Source of the DNA: an uncultured Phycisphaerales bacterium
GTDB taxonomy: Bacteria; Planctomycetota; Phycisphaerae; Tepidisphaerales; Tepidisphaeraceae
Reading direction: 5' to 3'
DNA length: 64,000 bases
Assembly (NCBI GenBank): GCA_963844715.1
Contig: CAWJPJ010000008.1
Span: 416,001 to 480,000 of the forward strand
Position numbers and translations under genes: made by a program. Shown one piece after another: positions 23,366-34,193 of the stretch (its first letter is position 1; each line of letters opens with the position of its first letter). Below the pieces are notes generated by a model. The model searched no databases. It was not told where the DNA came from and worked only from the letters and a program-made list of their open reading frames with translations.

Positions 23366-24751
23366 TCAGGCGAGAATGGCTCGCTTCGCCAGCCCGGTTA
23401 CCGTATCCCAGGCCGCCCCGGGAACACGCTGGGTATCCGCCAGTACATCATCAATCCCGCCCAGGAACCAGTCCAGATCGTCCGCGCCGATTATCATCGG
23501 CGGCAGGAACTTGATCACCTCCGTGTGATACCCCGCCACCTGCGTCAAAATCCGATGCTTGCTGAGCAGCGGAATGATGATCATCTGCCCAAACACCCCG
23601 AAGTTCAGCCGGTGCAGCATATCCCACGCCATCTTCAGCTTCAGCGAAGACTCCGGCCGCGCAAAGTCGATCCCAAACATCAGTCCCTTGCCGCGCACGC
23701 CCGACACAAATGGGCACGCGTCGGCGATCGGCCTGAGCCGATCCATGACATAATCCCCCATTGCCGCGGCGTTCTCCACCAGCTTTTCCTCTTCCATAGT
23801 CCGGATCGTCGCCAGCGCCGATGCCATCGCTAAGTCGTTCTGCCCAAAGGTGTTGGAGTGAACCACGCAGCGTTCCATCGAATCGAAAACCGCGTCCATA
23901 ATCCGCGGCCGCGTCACCAGCGCCACCACCGGCGCATATCCCCTGAAAGGCTCTTGGCCACGCAAATCATATCCGGCTCGACCTCCGGCCAATGCTGATA
24001 GGCGAACCATTTCCCCGTCCGTCCCATCCCCGATTGCACCTCATCGACGATCAGCAAACTCCCGAATTGCCGGCATAGCCGTTGCGCCTCGGCCAGATAT
24101 CCCTCCGCCGCGACTTCGCAGCTTTTCCCCTGCACCGGCTCGACGATAAACGCCGCCGCCTGTTTCTGGGATAGCTCTCTTTCCAGCGCCTCCAGATCGT
24201 TGAACGGAATCTTTCTTCCCCCCGGCGCCAATTCCCCGAACCGCTCCCGGAAAAACTCCGCCCCGTTCACGGAAAGCGATCCCAAAGTCAGCCCATGAAA
24301 CGCGTGATCGCAGAAAACGATATCCTGCCGCCCGGTAAAACACCTGGCGAATTTAATTGCCGCCTCGACCGCCTCGGTTCCGCTATTGGTGAAGAAGACG
24401 CGCGAGAGGTCGTCCGACGTATGTCGAACCAGCGCCTCCGCCGCCAGGCCGCTCAGCAGCGAGCAATCCATGCGCCACCAGATTCGGCCGATCCATCTCC
24501 AGCAGTTCCTTGATGACCGCCTTGATCTTGGGATGATTTCTCCCCAGCGCAAAGACGCCCCAGCCGGTGAGCAGATCGAGATACTTGTTCCCCTCTTCGT
24601 CCCACAAATAGCACCCCTGCCCGCGCACGTAGTTCCGCTCGAAGTCGATGGCCCGCAGCATCCGCACAAACGCCGGATTGAGATGCTTTTCATGCAACTC
24701 ATACCCGCGTCCGCGGTTTTGCTCCAGCCAATCGTGTAAAGGGTGATCCAT
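23366..24751 (-). CDS. hpnO: Class III aminotransferase HpnO; frameshifted
   Basis: YLDLLTGWGVFALGRNHP, NSGTEAVEAAIKFAR, DEVQSGMGRTG, VHSNTFGQN. Confidence 0.85.
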
Positions 24752-24908
24752 AGGATACGACCAAGCGGCAATTGCGAGGGACGTGCCGCCCGCTCGGAAG
24801 CGATTCTATGGAAGCATAAGCACGAATCAACGTCAGAAATGATGACCAGGGCCGCTCACCCGGGGCCGGCCTTGCCCCCAAACTGCCCGCCGAGTACGTT
24901 TCCCGCCC

Positions 24909-26842
24909 GTGAACGTATCTGCCGCTATTTCTTCGCTTAACACTCCCGGGGCCGCGGACCTCCTACCTCGCGCCAACGTCGCCCTGCACAAGGCCCAAAA
25001 GGCCCTTCTCGATAAACAGGACGCCGACGGCTTCTGGGTCGGCGAACTTCAGGGCGACAGCATCCTCGAATCCGAATACATCCTTCTCAAATTCATCCTC
25101 GGCCAGGAATCCGATCCCCGCCTCGAAAAAATCGGCAAATACCTACATTCCCTCCAAACCCCCGAAGGTGGCTGGTCCCTCTTCCCCGGCGGACCCCCCG
25201 ATCTCTCCGGAACCGTCAAAGCCTATTTCGCCCTAAAACTCCTCGGCCACGATGCCAATTCGCCTTACATGCGCGCCGCCCGCCAAATCGTCCTCAAATC
25301 CGGCGGCGCGGAAAATGCAACAGCTTCACAAAATTCTACTTCGCCGCCCTGGGCCAGATCAGTTACGACTCCTGCCCGACCATCCCACCCGAAATCGTCT
25401 TCTTCCCCAAGTGGTTTTATTTCAATCTCTATCACGTCTCCGCCTGGACCCGCACGATGATCTTGCCGCTCGGACTGGTGACCACGCTCCGCTACACGCG
25501 CCAGGTTCGCACTGAACTCGGAATCCCCGAACTCTATCTCGATCGCGAAGCCGCCAATCGCCTCGGTCCCAAACCGCACGGCTTCCCCCGCAACTGGAAT
25601 GAAATCTTCCTCCGCGTCGATCAGCTTCTCAAAGTCTACGAGGGAGCTCCCCTCCAGGCGCTGCGCGAAAAAGCCATTGAGCGCGCCATGAAATGGATTA
25701 TCGAGCACCTTCAGGACTCCGAAGGCCTCGGCGCGATCTTCCCCCCGATGGTCTACGTCCTGATCGTCTTCCGCGCCATGGGCTACCCCGACGATCACCC
25801 CCTCGTCCGCGACGCCCACAAACACCTCGAGGATTTCTTCATTGAAGAAGGCGATACCATTCGCATCCAGCCCTGCTTTTCGCCGGTCTGGGACACCGGC
25901 CTGGCCCTGCACGCCCTGGCCGAGGCCGGCATCTCCGCCGATTCCGAACCCGCCCAGCGCGCCACCCGCTGGCTCCTCGATATAGAATGCCGTCTTCCCG
26001 CCGACTGGGTCCGCAATTGCCCCGGCGTCGAGCCCTCCGGCTGGTATTTCGAATTCAAAAATCCCCACTACCCCGACGTCGACGACACTGCCGCCGTCAC
26101 CATGGCCCTGCGCCGCGCCGGCGGAAAAGCCTCCGAGCCCGCCATCCGCCGCGGCGTCGATTGGCTCCTGGCCATGCAAAATTCCGACGGCGGTTGGGCC
26201 GCCTTCGACCGCACTGTCTCCCGGCCCATCCTCGAAAAAATTCCCTTCGCCGATCACAACGCCATGCAGGACCCAAGCTGCCCCGACATCGCCGGCCGAG
26301 TCCTGGAAAGCCTCGGCCATCACGGCTATCGCACCGATCATCCCCTGATTCGCCGCGCCGTCGATTTCATCCGCCAAGGGCAAGACCCGCGCGGAAGCTG
26401 GTGGGGCCGCTGGGGAGTCAATCACATCTACGGCACCTGGCAAATCCTGACGGGTTTAAAAAATGTCGGCGAAGACATGTCCGCCCCCTACATCCAAAAA
26501 TCCGCCGCCTGGCTCCGCTCCGTCCAAAAACCCGACGGCTCCTTCGGCGAAACCGCACAAAGCTACGAGGACGCATCGCTCATCGGCCAAGGCCCCAGCA
26601 CAGCCAGCCAAACCGCCTGGGGCGCTATGGCCCTATTGGCCGCCGCCGGCCCTCACGATCCTGACGTCCACCGCGCCCTCGAATGGCTCATCGCCCACCA
26701 GGGAAGCGACGGCAACTGGGAAGAAAACTGGTACACAGGCACGGGTTTCCCGAAAGTCTTCTACCTTAAATACCACCTCTACAGGCTGTATTTCCCCCTG
26801 ACCGCGTTGGCAAGATTTAGACGAATGCTGAACGCGGTCTGA
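24909..26842 (+). CDS. shc: Squalene-hopene cyclase; frameshifted
   Basis: YPDVDDTA catalytic motif, QW repeats, SPVWDT, FPKVFYLKYHLY. Confidence 0.95.
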
Positions 26843-26854
26843 TACAATCATCGC

Positions 26855-27073
26855 GTGCCCCGCAGAAATTCCAAAAAGCTCGTACCGGCCTCGCGGCTCG
26901 GCAAGAAGCTCAGCAGTGGTAAGGGTTCCGCCGTTGAGATTTATACCGATGAGCGCGTCGCCGAATTTTTATTGAACAACTCGGTAAATAAAAAGGATTA
27001 CGCGCTGGCAACGAAGCTCGTCGAGAAGATGGGGCTGGACCCGCGCAAAATCGATCACGACCCTCAGGGATAA
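26855..27073 (+). CDS. Small hypothetical protein
   Basis: 72-aa ORF filling the gap between shc and the convergent gene. Confidence 0.55.
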   Translation: MPRRNSKKLVPASRLGKKLSSGKGSAVEIYTDERVAEFLLNNSVNKKDYALATKLVEKMGLDPRKIDHDPQG

Positions 27074-27076
27074 TCC

Positions 27077-27502
27077 TCAATCCAGCTTCTCCGGCTCCAG
27101 CCGGATATTCTTTTCCCCCGCCGCCTTCTTCTCCTGATATTTCTTCACCCAGGTCTCAAAGCTCTTCCCCGCCGCGGTGTCCTTCCCCGTGAAAGCCAGT
27201 CGCGCGATGTCCGAATAGTTCACGGCCACCTTCTCATCCCGATCCTTGGGAAACAATCGCACCGACGACTCGGCCAATGTTTTCCCCGTCCGGCGATCGA
27301 AGATGTACCCCTCGATCGTCGTCCCATCTTTCAAAGTGATCGTCACATCCCCGCGATAGTCGAACGCCTTCTCCAGCGCCAGCCGAATCTCCTCATCCGT
27401 CGCGACGGATGGGATCCACCCCTCGAGATTTTCGTGCACGAACCCCGGCGCAACTTCAATCTCATCAGCGTTAAACGGACGTGCTTTGGTTTCCTGTGGC
27501 AT
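27077..27502 (-). CDS. Hypothetical protein downstream of hpnH
   Basis: Intact 141-aa ORF; ALEKAFDYRGDVT and EGYIFDR segments. Confidence 0.75.
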   Translation of the reverse strand: MPQETKARPFNADEIEVAPGFVHENLEGWIPSVATDEEIRLALEKAFDYRGDVTITLKDGTTIEGYIFDRRTGKTLAESSVRLFPKDRDEKVAVNYSDIARLAFTGKDTAAGKSFETWVKKYQEKKAAGEKNIRLEPEKLD

Positions 27503-27550
27503 ACGGCAGTTTCAGTTGCTTAGTATCGCTAAAAGGCAGATCAAGCCGCT

Positions 27551-28686
27551 CTACCGGCTCGACACTTCCACTTCCCTCTTCGCGGCCGTCCCCCCGATCG
27601 TGATCGGCACCAGCTCCTCATGCGGCCCCGAGATCGGCTGATCCAGCAGCTTCATCGCCCCCTCATCCGCATACGTCCCGCCGAACAGCGTCGCCTTGGC
27701 CGCGCGAACCAATCCGAAGAACGACCCAAACGTGTCATCCACCGCGCTCGCCTCATACCCGCTATGCACCATGCAATTCGCACAGCGCGGATTCCCGCTC
27801 TCCGTCCCGTAATTTTCCCACTGTGTCGATTCGAGCAATTCCTGGAACGTCTCGGCATACCCGTCCTGCAACAAATAGCACGGCTTCTGCCATCCAAAAA
27901 TGTTATACGTCGGCATCCCCCAAGGCGTGCACGCATACGTCCGCTTCCCCATCAGGAATTCCAGGAACAGCGGGCTCTGATTGAATTTCCATTTTTTCGA
28001 CCGGTTGCTCAAAATCGACCGGAACAGTTTCCGCGTCCGCGCCCGGCCAAGAAAGTGCTTCTGATCCGGAGCCTTGTCGTAGCTATACCCCGGCGAAAGC
28101 ATCATCCCCTCGACCCCCAGTTCCATCATTTCGTCGAAAAACGCCCGCACGCTCTTCGGATCGGTCCCGTCGAACAGCGTCGTATTTGTCGTCACGCGGA
28201 ACCCGCGCTCCACCGCCTGCTTGATCGCCACCAGCGCGATGTCGAACCCGCCTTCCCGGCAAACTGAAAAATCGTGGTGCTCTTTCTGCCCGTCCATGTG
28301 CACGCTGAATGTCAGATATTTGCTCGGCGTGAACAAATCCATCTTCTCTTTTAAGAGCAAAGCATTCGTGCACAGATAGATATATTTCTTCCGATCCACC
28401 AAACCCTTCACGATCTGGTCGATCTGCGGATGCAAAAGCGGCTCCCCGCCCGGAATGCTCACCATCGGCGCCCCGCACTCCTCAACGGCCTTAAAGCACT
28501 GCTCCGGCGTCAGATTTTTCTTCAGAATATGAGCCGGATACTGAATCTTCCCGCACCCGCGCAAGCCAGATTGCACCGGAAAAGCGGCTCAAGCATCAAA
28601 ACCAGAGGATATCGTTTTCGCCCGGAGAGCTTTTGCTTCAAAACGTACGAAGCAACCGTCCACATTTGCGAAGCTGGTACAGCCAT
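27551..28686 (-). CDS. hpnH: Adenosylhopane radical SAM enzyme HpnH; one frameshift
   Basis: [19 protein letters not shown] then [33 protein letters not shown]. Confidence 0.93.
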
Positions 28687-28752
28687 AACGGGCACGGAGC
28701 ATACCGCAGGGTGCCCGAAAGATACAATACCGCTAATTTCCCCCCCTCTTAT

Positions 28753-28791
28753 CCCCTCCCTCAGTACTCTGGGGGAGGGCAAGGGAGGGGG
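28753..28791 (+). repeat. GTACTC-loop palindromic repeat, copy 2
   Basis: cccctccctca-gtactc-tgggggaggg plus G-rich tail. Confidence 0.8.
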
Positions 28792-28822
28792 TTTTCATCG
28801 ACAGCGGAAACCGCGTGCCCAC

Positions 28823-29446
28823 ATGGCCGAGCGTAAATGGCTAATTTTGACCGCCCTGGCCATGGAAGCCAAAGCCGTCGCCAGGGTCCTCCATCGAATT
28901 GATGGCGCCGATCTCCAGATCGTCGGCCCCAAAGGCCGCGGACTGCGCAGCCAAATGCTAATCGGAACCCGAGGCGTCATCCTCGCCGGCTTGGGCGGCG
29001 GACTCGACCCCTCCCTAAAAATCGGCGATATCGTCTGCGACTCCCCCGACCCCTCCGCCTGGCCAAAGCTTCCCTACCGCTGGGGCAAAATCCACTGCGC
29101 CGCCGACGTCATCGAAACCCCCGCGAAAAAAAAAGAGCTGTTCGAGACGACGGGTTCGCTGGCTGTCGATATGGAGAGCGAAATCGTCCTGCAAAAAACC
29201 CAGAACGCGAATGTCCCCATCCTGATCATCCGCGCCATCAGCGACGTAGCCGATGAGGAATTCTCCCCCGAAGTTTTCGAATGGGTCGATGAAGACGGCC
29301 GCGCCAGCCCGGCCCGCGCCGCAAAAAGCATCGCCCGTCACCCGGCGCTCCTCACCCAGGCCATCCGCCTGGCCCGGCAATCCAATCAAGCCGCCAAGGC
29401 CATGGCGGAAGCGGTGCGAGTGACGCTCGACAAATTAAATTCCTGA
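28823..29446 (+). CDS. hpnG: Nucleoside phosphorylase-like protein HpnG
   Basis: AGLGGGLDP, AVDMES, IRAISD; divergent from hpnH. Confidence 0.8.
   Translation: MAERKWLILTALAMEAKAVARVLHRIDGADLQIVGPKGRGLRSQMLIGTRGVILAGLGGGLDPSLKIGDIVCDSPDPSAWPKLPYRWGKIHCAADVIETPAKKKELFETTGSLAVDMESEIVLQKTQNANVPILIIRAISDVADEEFSPEVFEWVDEDGRASPARAAKSIARHPALLTQAIRLARQSNQAAKAMAEAVRVTLDKLNS
29328..29446 (+). repeat. 119-bp direct repeat, copy A (3' end of hpnG)
   Basis: Matches 30316-30434 with 9 mismatches by hand count. Confidence 0.9.
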
Positions 29447-29463
29447 TGGGCGCTCGCGGCGAT

Positions 29464-30192
29464 TTACATCACCGTTCGCCGTCGCCGCGCCAGCAGAGCC
29501 AGTGAACTGATTCCAAGCAGCCCAACCGTTCCCGGCTCGGGCACCAAAATAATTGTTTCAGGATTCGCAATCGCGCCCGTGTAGGCGTAGGTGCCACTAT
29601 TGTTTGGGTCCAGGTCGAATCCGCCGATGGAGGCGCCCGGTCCGTTCCCAAACGTCCCGGTGAGGTCGTCGCTCTTGGTACTGGGGTAGTTGTAATTCGC
29701 CAGTACGTAGGTGTTGGGCGTGTTTGTAGTGATTGTGATGGAACCAATCTCGATGTCCCCATTCGCGTCGGGGACCGGCCCACTCGCGGCGAATACCGAC
29801 ACGACTTCCGCCAGGCCTTGGAACGTCGAACTGTCTTTGCCGGACATGTTGCTGAATCCGCCTGCGAAGTTCGAGCCATTGCCGGTCACGCTCGCAGCGA
29901 CGGACGTGAGCGTTCCGCTTCCCGTGTTACTCGTTTGCGTGACTGAGAACGCGGCCCCGACTAATCCGCCGTCGGCCGTGATCAGCGAAGTGCTGCCGCC
30001 AGTGAGTTGCTCATGCAGATAAATCGGGATGGTGAGCGGCATTCCGGGCGTAAAAGAGTACTCCGTCACCGGAGAGTTTCCGGCATAGGTCGTGTACTCG
30101 TATGTAATTGCCGCCTTGGCACTAGCGGCGACTACCAATGCCACAGCCGCCGCCGCGGCGCGTAAAAAAAAGCTTAAGCTCAACTTGTGCAT
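29464..30192 (-). CDS. PEP-CTERM sorting-domain surface protein
   Basis: Signal peptide, Thr/Gly/Ser-rich body, VPEPGTVGLLGISSLALLARRRR. Confidence 0.92.
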   Translation of the reverse strand: MHKLSLSFFLRAAAAAVALVVAASAKAAITYEYTTYAGNSPVTEYSFTPGMPLTIPIYLHEQLTGGSTSLITADGGLVGAAFSVTQTSNTGSGTLTSVAASVTGNGSNFAGGFSNMSGKDSSTFQGLAEVVSVFAASGPVPDANGDIEIGSITITTNTPNTYVLANYNYPSTKSDDLTGTFGNGPGASIGGFDLDPNNSGTYAYTGAIANPETIILVPEPGTVGLLGISSLALLARRRRTVM

Positions 30193-30315
30193 TTTCCCTC
30201 CGCAAATTTTAGGTGAAAGGAAGGCCCGTCCGCTGCTACACGGGTAGACCAAGGGGTAAATTATCATATGAGCCCTCAACAATTATTAAGTTTGCGTTTT
30301 TTCCCGCTGTAAGTC

Positions 30316-30434
30316 GCATCGCCCGCCACCCGGCGCTTCTCACCCAGGCCATCCGCCTGGCCAGACAACCCAACCAAGCCGCCAAAGCCATGGCGGAAGC
30401 GGTGCGAGTGACCCTCGACAAATTAAATCCCTGA
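30316..30434 (+). repeat. 119-bp direct repeat, copy B (orphan hpnG 3' end)
   Basis: Encodes IARHPALLTQAIRLARQPNQAAKAMAEAVRVTLDKLNP*. Confidence 0.9.
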
Positions 30435-30450
30435 ACCGCCTCTTTCCCCC

Positions 30451-30473
30451 CCCTCCACCTGTACTCAGGGGGA
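30451..30473 (+). repeat. GTACTC-loop palindromic repeat, truncated copy 3
   Basis: ccctccacct-gtactc-aggggga. Confidence 0.65.
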
Positions 30474-30731
30474 ACACTCCCTGTCCCCTCCGCCAGTTTC
30501 GGCACGATGGGAAGGGGTTCATCAGGTGCCCCATCCGCAAACGGCTCATCCCCACCCAAAACCGGCCGGCCAACCGCCCCCGAATCGGACGGGGTTCTTC
30601 ACATACGAGCCGGCCCGTCCCGCTCGGCAAGGAAATTATTCCCGAAAAAATTCTTCATCCCGCTCTTTCCCGCGCTCAAAGCTTTTTTCAAACTTGCCGG
30701 CAATGTAGCCATAAGCTACAATGAGAATCGG

Positions 30732-30983
30732 GTGTGGAAGATCGAATATAGCCGATCGTCGCTGCGGGCCTTGCGAAAGATTCCGCGAAATGCGGCGGAG
30801 ACGATCCAGAAAAAGATTGTTGCCCTGGCTGCCGACCCGTATGCGCCCAACAATAATGCCGCGCAACTACAGGGAAGATCCGGATTCCGGCTGCGGGTCG
30901 GCGACTGGCGTGTGTTATACGAACTGACAGAGAAGCAATTGCTCGTATTGGATATCAAGCCGAGAGGAGGCGCCTATCAATGA
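30732..30983 (+). CDS. RelE/ParE-family toxin
   Basis: WKIEYS...FRLRVGDWRVLY...IKPRGGAY. Confidence 0.9.
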   Translation: MWKIEYSRSSLRALRKIPRNAAETIQKKIVALAADPYAPNNNAAQLQGRSGFRLRVGDWRVLYELTEKQLLVLDIKPRGGAYQ

Positions 30984-31339
30984 AGCCGCAAATCATAGAG
31001 CGCAAAGGCCGTCAATTCGCCGTTGTGCCGCTAAGGGATTTTGAGCAACTCAAACACGATGCCCGCATGCTCGACGATATCCGGGCTTACGACGCGGCCA
31101 AAAGCCGCAACGAGGAGGCGTTTCCATCCGAAGTGGCGAACAGGCTGGTGGCCGGCGAGAATCCGATTCGAGTCTTCCGTGATTATCGCGGTCTCACGCA
31201 GCAGCAGCTTGCCAAGTTGGCGAAGATCGCTCGGGCATATCTCGCCCAGATCGAAGCGGGTCGCAAACAGGGCTCCGTATCGGTGCTTCGAGCGATCGCC
31301 AAGGCTTTGAAGTTGGATTTAGATGACATCGTGGACTGA
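30980..31339 (+). CDS. XRE-family HTH antitoxin
   Basis: NPIRVFRDYRGLTQQQLA...YLAQIEAG; ATGA overlap with the toxin. Confidence 0.88.
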   Translation: MKPQIIERKGRQFAVVPLRDFEQLKHDARMLDDIRAYDAAKSRNEEAFPSEVANRLVAGENPIRVFRDYRGLTQQQLAKLAKIARAYLAQIEAGRKQGSVSVLRAIAKALKLDLDDIVD

Positions 31340-31406
31340 AATGAGTCGCCGGATTTGGGTGGGAGTCGTGAAGTCGGTGGGGTTGGATCGCACGGTTGAG
31401 ACCGCA

Positions 31407-32436
31407 TAGAGCATTTCCCAAATTAAACTAGCGGCTGGCGGTAACCGCAATGGCGGAAAAATCCCGCGGCATCTTCGGTCGTAACGGCGTCCATTGCCGC
31501 GAACACAGCCCGGACCAAGGTGTCGAACGTTCTGGGCTCCGCCGAGCGGATCAGTTGCTTCGCTTTGCTCCACATCATCTCGATCGGATTCAAATCCGGC
31601 GAGTAGGGTGGCAGCAACCACAGTTCGCAGCCGGCGGCTTCGATCAGGCGTCGCACTTCTGAATGTTTGTGCGGCTGCAAATTGTCCATCACCACGATGT
31701 CCCCGCTTCGCAGGCTGGGCACGAGCGCTTCACGCACCCAGGCGACAAAAACATCGCTGTCCATCGCCCCTTGAACAATCGCGCCGGCGGTCGCGCCGTC
31801 GAGCCGAACCGCGGCGATCATGGTGGTCGTGCTCCAGTGTCCGGCCGGGGTCTTGCACAACAACCGTTCGCCGCGGCCGCACCGGCCACGCAATCGGGTG
31901 AAGTTCGTCTTGGCCCCGGATTCATCCACAAAAACAAGACGCTCGGGATCGACGTCCTTCAGCCGCCGACGCCACTGCGTCCGCGCGGCGGCGACGTCGG
32001 GCCGATCCTGCTCGGACGCGTGGAGAGACTTTTTTTAAAGGAGAGGCCCAGCTTCCTGAGCCAACGGTCGACCGTCGACAGCGACACGTCCAGCGCCAAC
32101 TTCTCTTTGATCTCGTTGAGCGTGGCATCCGGCCGGGCGGCCACGAACCGACTCAAACGAGTCTTCAACTCGCCGGTCAACTTCCCCTTGCGGCCACGAA
32201 GATGAAGCAGCGGTTCGGCCGTCCCCCGTTCACGTTCATCCTGTCGCACGCGGCGGACGGCCGACTCGCATCGGCCGAAGATCGCGGAAATCTCCTTCGT
32301 GCCTTTGCCGGCACGATACGCCGACATGATCCATCGACGGGTCAGAGCGGTTTGCGATGCCATGGCAACCTCCTTGTTGAATCGGAGATTAGCAAAACAG
32401 CATCGATGGCGCTAGTTTAAAATGGGAAATGCTCTA
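31407..32436 (-). mobile_element. IS630-family insertion sequence
   Basis: Ends TA-gagcatttcccaaattaaactagcg and cgctagtttaaaatgggaaatgctc-TA; HTH ORF 31959-32363 and DDE ORF (DESG, VVMDNL, LPPYSPDLNPIE) joined at an A7 run. Confidence 0.95.
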
Positions 32437-32729
32437 GCCGTGGCATTAGCGACCGTTCTCGCGCGGAGGCCATCCGCGCCGCCAGGTGATCCGATCAAAG
32501 CACCGAAGGCCGCGGCTGAAGCGGTACGGCATCATTCGCGACGCGGACAATCCGCCGATACAGAAGGATAGGCGGAATTCCGACCCCGCCAAGTAAGCGC
32601 ACTACCCCCGAACCTCCCACTCGTATTGATATAACTATTTATTTAACGAACACTTAAGTAGAAATAATCGCGCCCCCACAATTTCAAAAGCGCTTACTTT
32701 TGTACCCTCTTTAACCGCTGGCAAGCAGA

Positions 32730-33147
32730 TCAATGCATCGCAGACAACGGCCACTCCGGGTCCGCCATCGGCGTCTGGACCGCCGGGCTCAGCGGGACGG
32801 CACTATTCAGGAAGACATCCCAATCGACTTTGAGGCCCGGCCGGGTCGCGATGAACTGCAACCAAGCCGCATAGTAGCTCCTCAGAAAGAACGTCTTATC
32901 CGCAAAGTCCGCAGCCTGGCGCATTCAACAGCTCGTTCTGGGCCGTCGCCTCCTGAAGCTGCTTTTCCAGGCTGTCGACGCGGGCCGACAGTTCCGCCTT
33001 GCGGTCCTGGGCGGCCTTTAGCTGGGCCAGGGTGTCCTTATACAACTTCTGCAATTGATCGGGCTTAACTTCATCCTGTCCCCGTGCCATCGCCGGCCAG
33101 GCCAGCAGGGCCATCATTATCCCAATGCAAACGCGTCGCATAGTCAT
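32730..33147 (-). CDS. Secreted coiled-coil hypothetical protein; one frameshift
   Basis: Signal peptide MRRVCIGIMMALLAWPAMARG, heptad region, continues in ORF 32730-32924. Confidence 0.6.
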
Positions 33148-33228
33148 CCTTTGCCTTGAGGGTCCGTTTCCCATTTTAACGGTAAACGTGCGGCGTTTGA
33201 ATCCGTCCTAATATGGAAAGACAAGTTG

Positions 33229-34121
33229 CTAGGGCCTGTCTGATGAATCCAAAATCCTGAAATAGCGACGGATCATGGCGAGCTTGGCCATGGCCTGAAA
33301 GTTCACCGCCAGTTTCTCGTAACGCGTGCCCAGGCGGCGATTCTCCTTCATCCAATTCACGCAACGCTCCACCACGTTCCGTCGGCGATACGCCTTGCGA
33401 TCAAAGTTCTCCTGCGGCGGCTGATTCGATTTCGCCGGGATCACCGCTTGGATTCGGTGGCGACGCAGCCATCGCCGCACATTTCCGTAACTGTATCCCT
33501 TGTCGCCCGCCAGCCTCCTGGGGCGACGACGGCGGCGACCGATGCGCATCGCGTTCATCACCGGCTCCACGTACCGGCTCTCGTGGCATTGGCCGGCGCT
33601 GGCCTCGACGGCGAGCGGAACTCCCTGGCCGTCAGTAACCAGGTGGAGCTTGCTGCCCCACCCGCCTCGGCTGCGGCCCAACGCGTAATCCGCCGGTTCT
33701 TCCGGGGCGGTTTTGATTTTCTGGCTCCGGCGGCGGATCGACTGGCTCGCACATTGGTGCCGTCGATGCACCACAGGTCCCAGTCGATTCGTCCTTGCTT
33801 GTCCAACCTCATCTGCAGCCGCTGGAGGATTCGATCAATCGTTCCGTCCTTTCTCCAGCGGTTGAAGCGGTCGTAGACGCTTTGCCATCTGCCGTAACGT
33901 TCGGGCATCTCGCGCCATTGAGCGCCCGAGTGCAGAATCCAGAACATGCCGTTGAGCGTGGTGCGGTGGTCGTTCCACTGCCCGCCGCGCTTGCCGTTGC
34001 CGGGCAGCAGATCGCCGATCAACTCGTACTGCTCATCCGTGAGCTCATAACGTCGCATCCGTGACACCTCGTCTGAAAACCGCTATTTATAACCAAAAGC
34101 GATTCATCAGACAGGCCCTAG
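33229..34121 (-). mobile_element. IS5-family insertion sequence, copy 1
   Basis: ctagggcctgtctgatgaatc inverted ends; two ORFs in -1 relation (YELTDEQY, GRSRGG, GDKGY, RNVVERC). Confidence 0.95.
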
Positions 34122-34190
34122 TTGTTAGTTGCTGGTTGCCAGTAAAAGGCAATTCACTAGCAACTGGCAACTAGCAACTGGCAACCAGCA
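34122..34190. repeat. Inverted heptamer arrays without an internal gene; left arm interrupted by IS5
   Basis: (aagttgctag)ttgttagttgctggttgccagt, 12-nt spacer, actagcaactggcaactagcaactggcaaccagca. Confidence 0.8.
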
Positions 34191-34193
34191 TCT

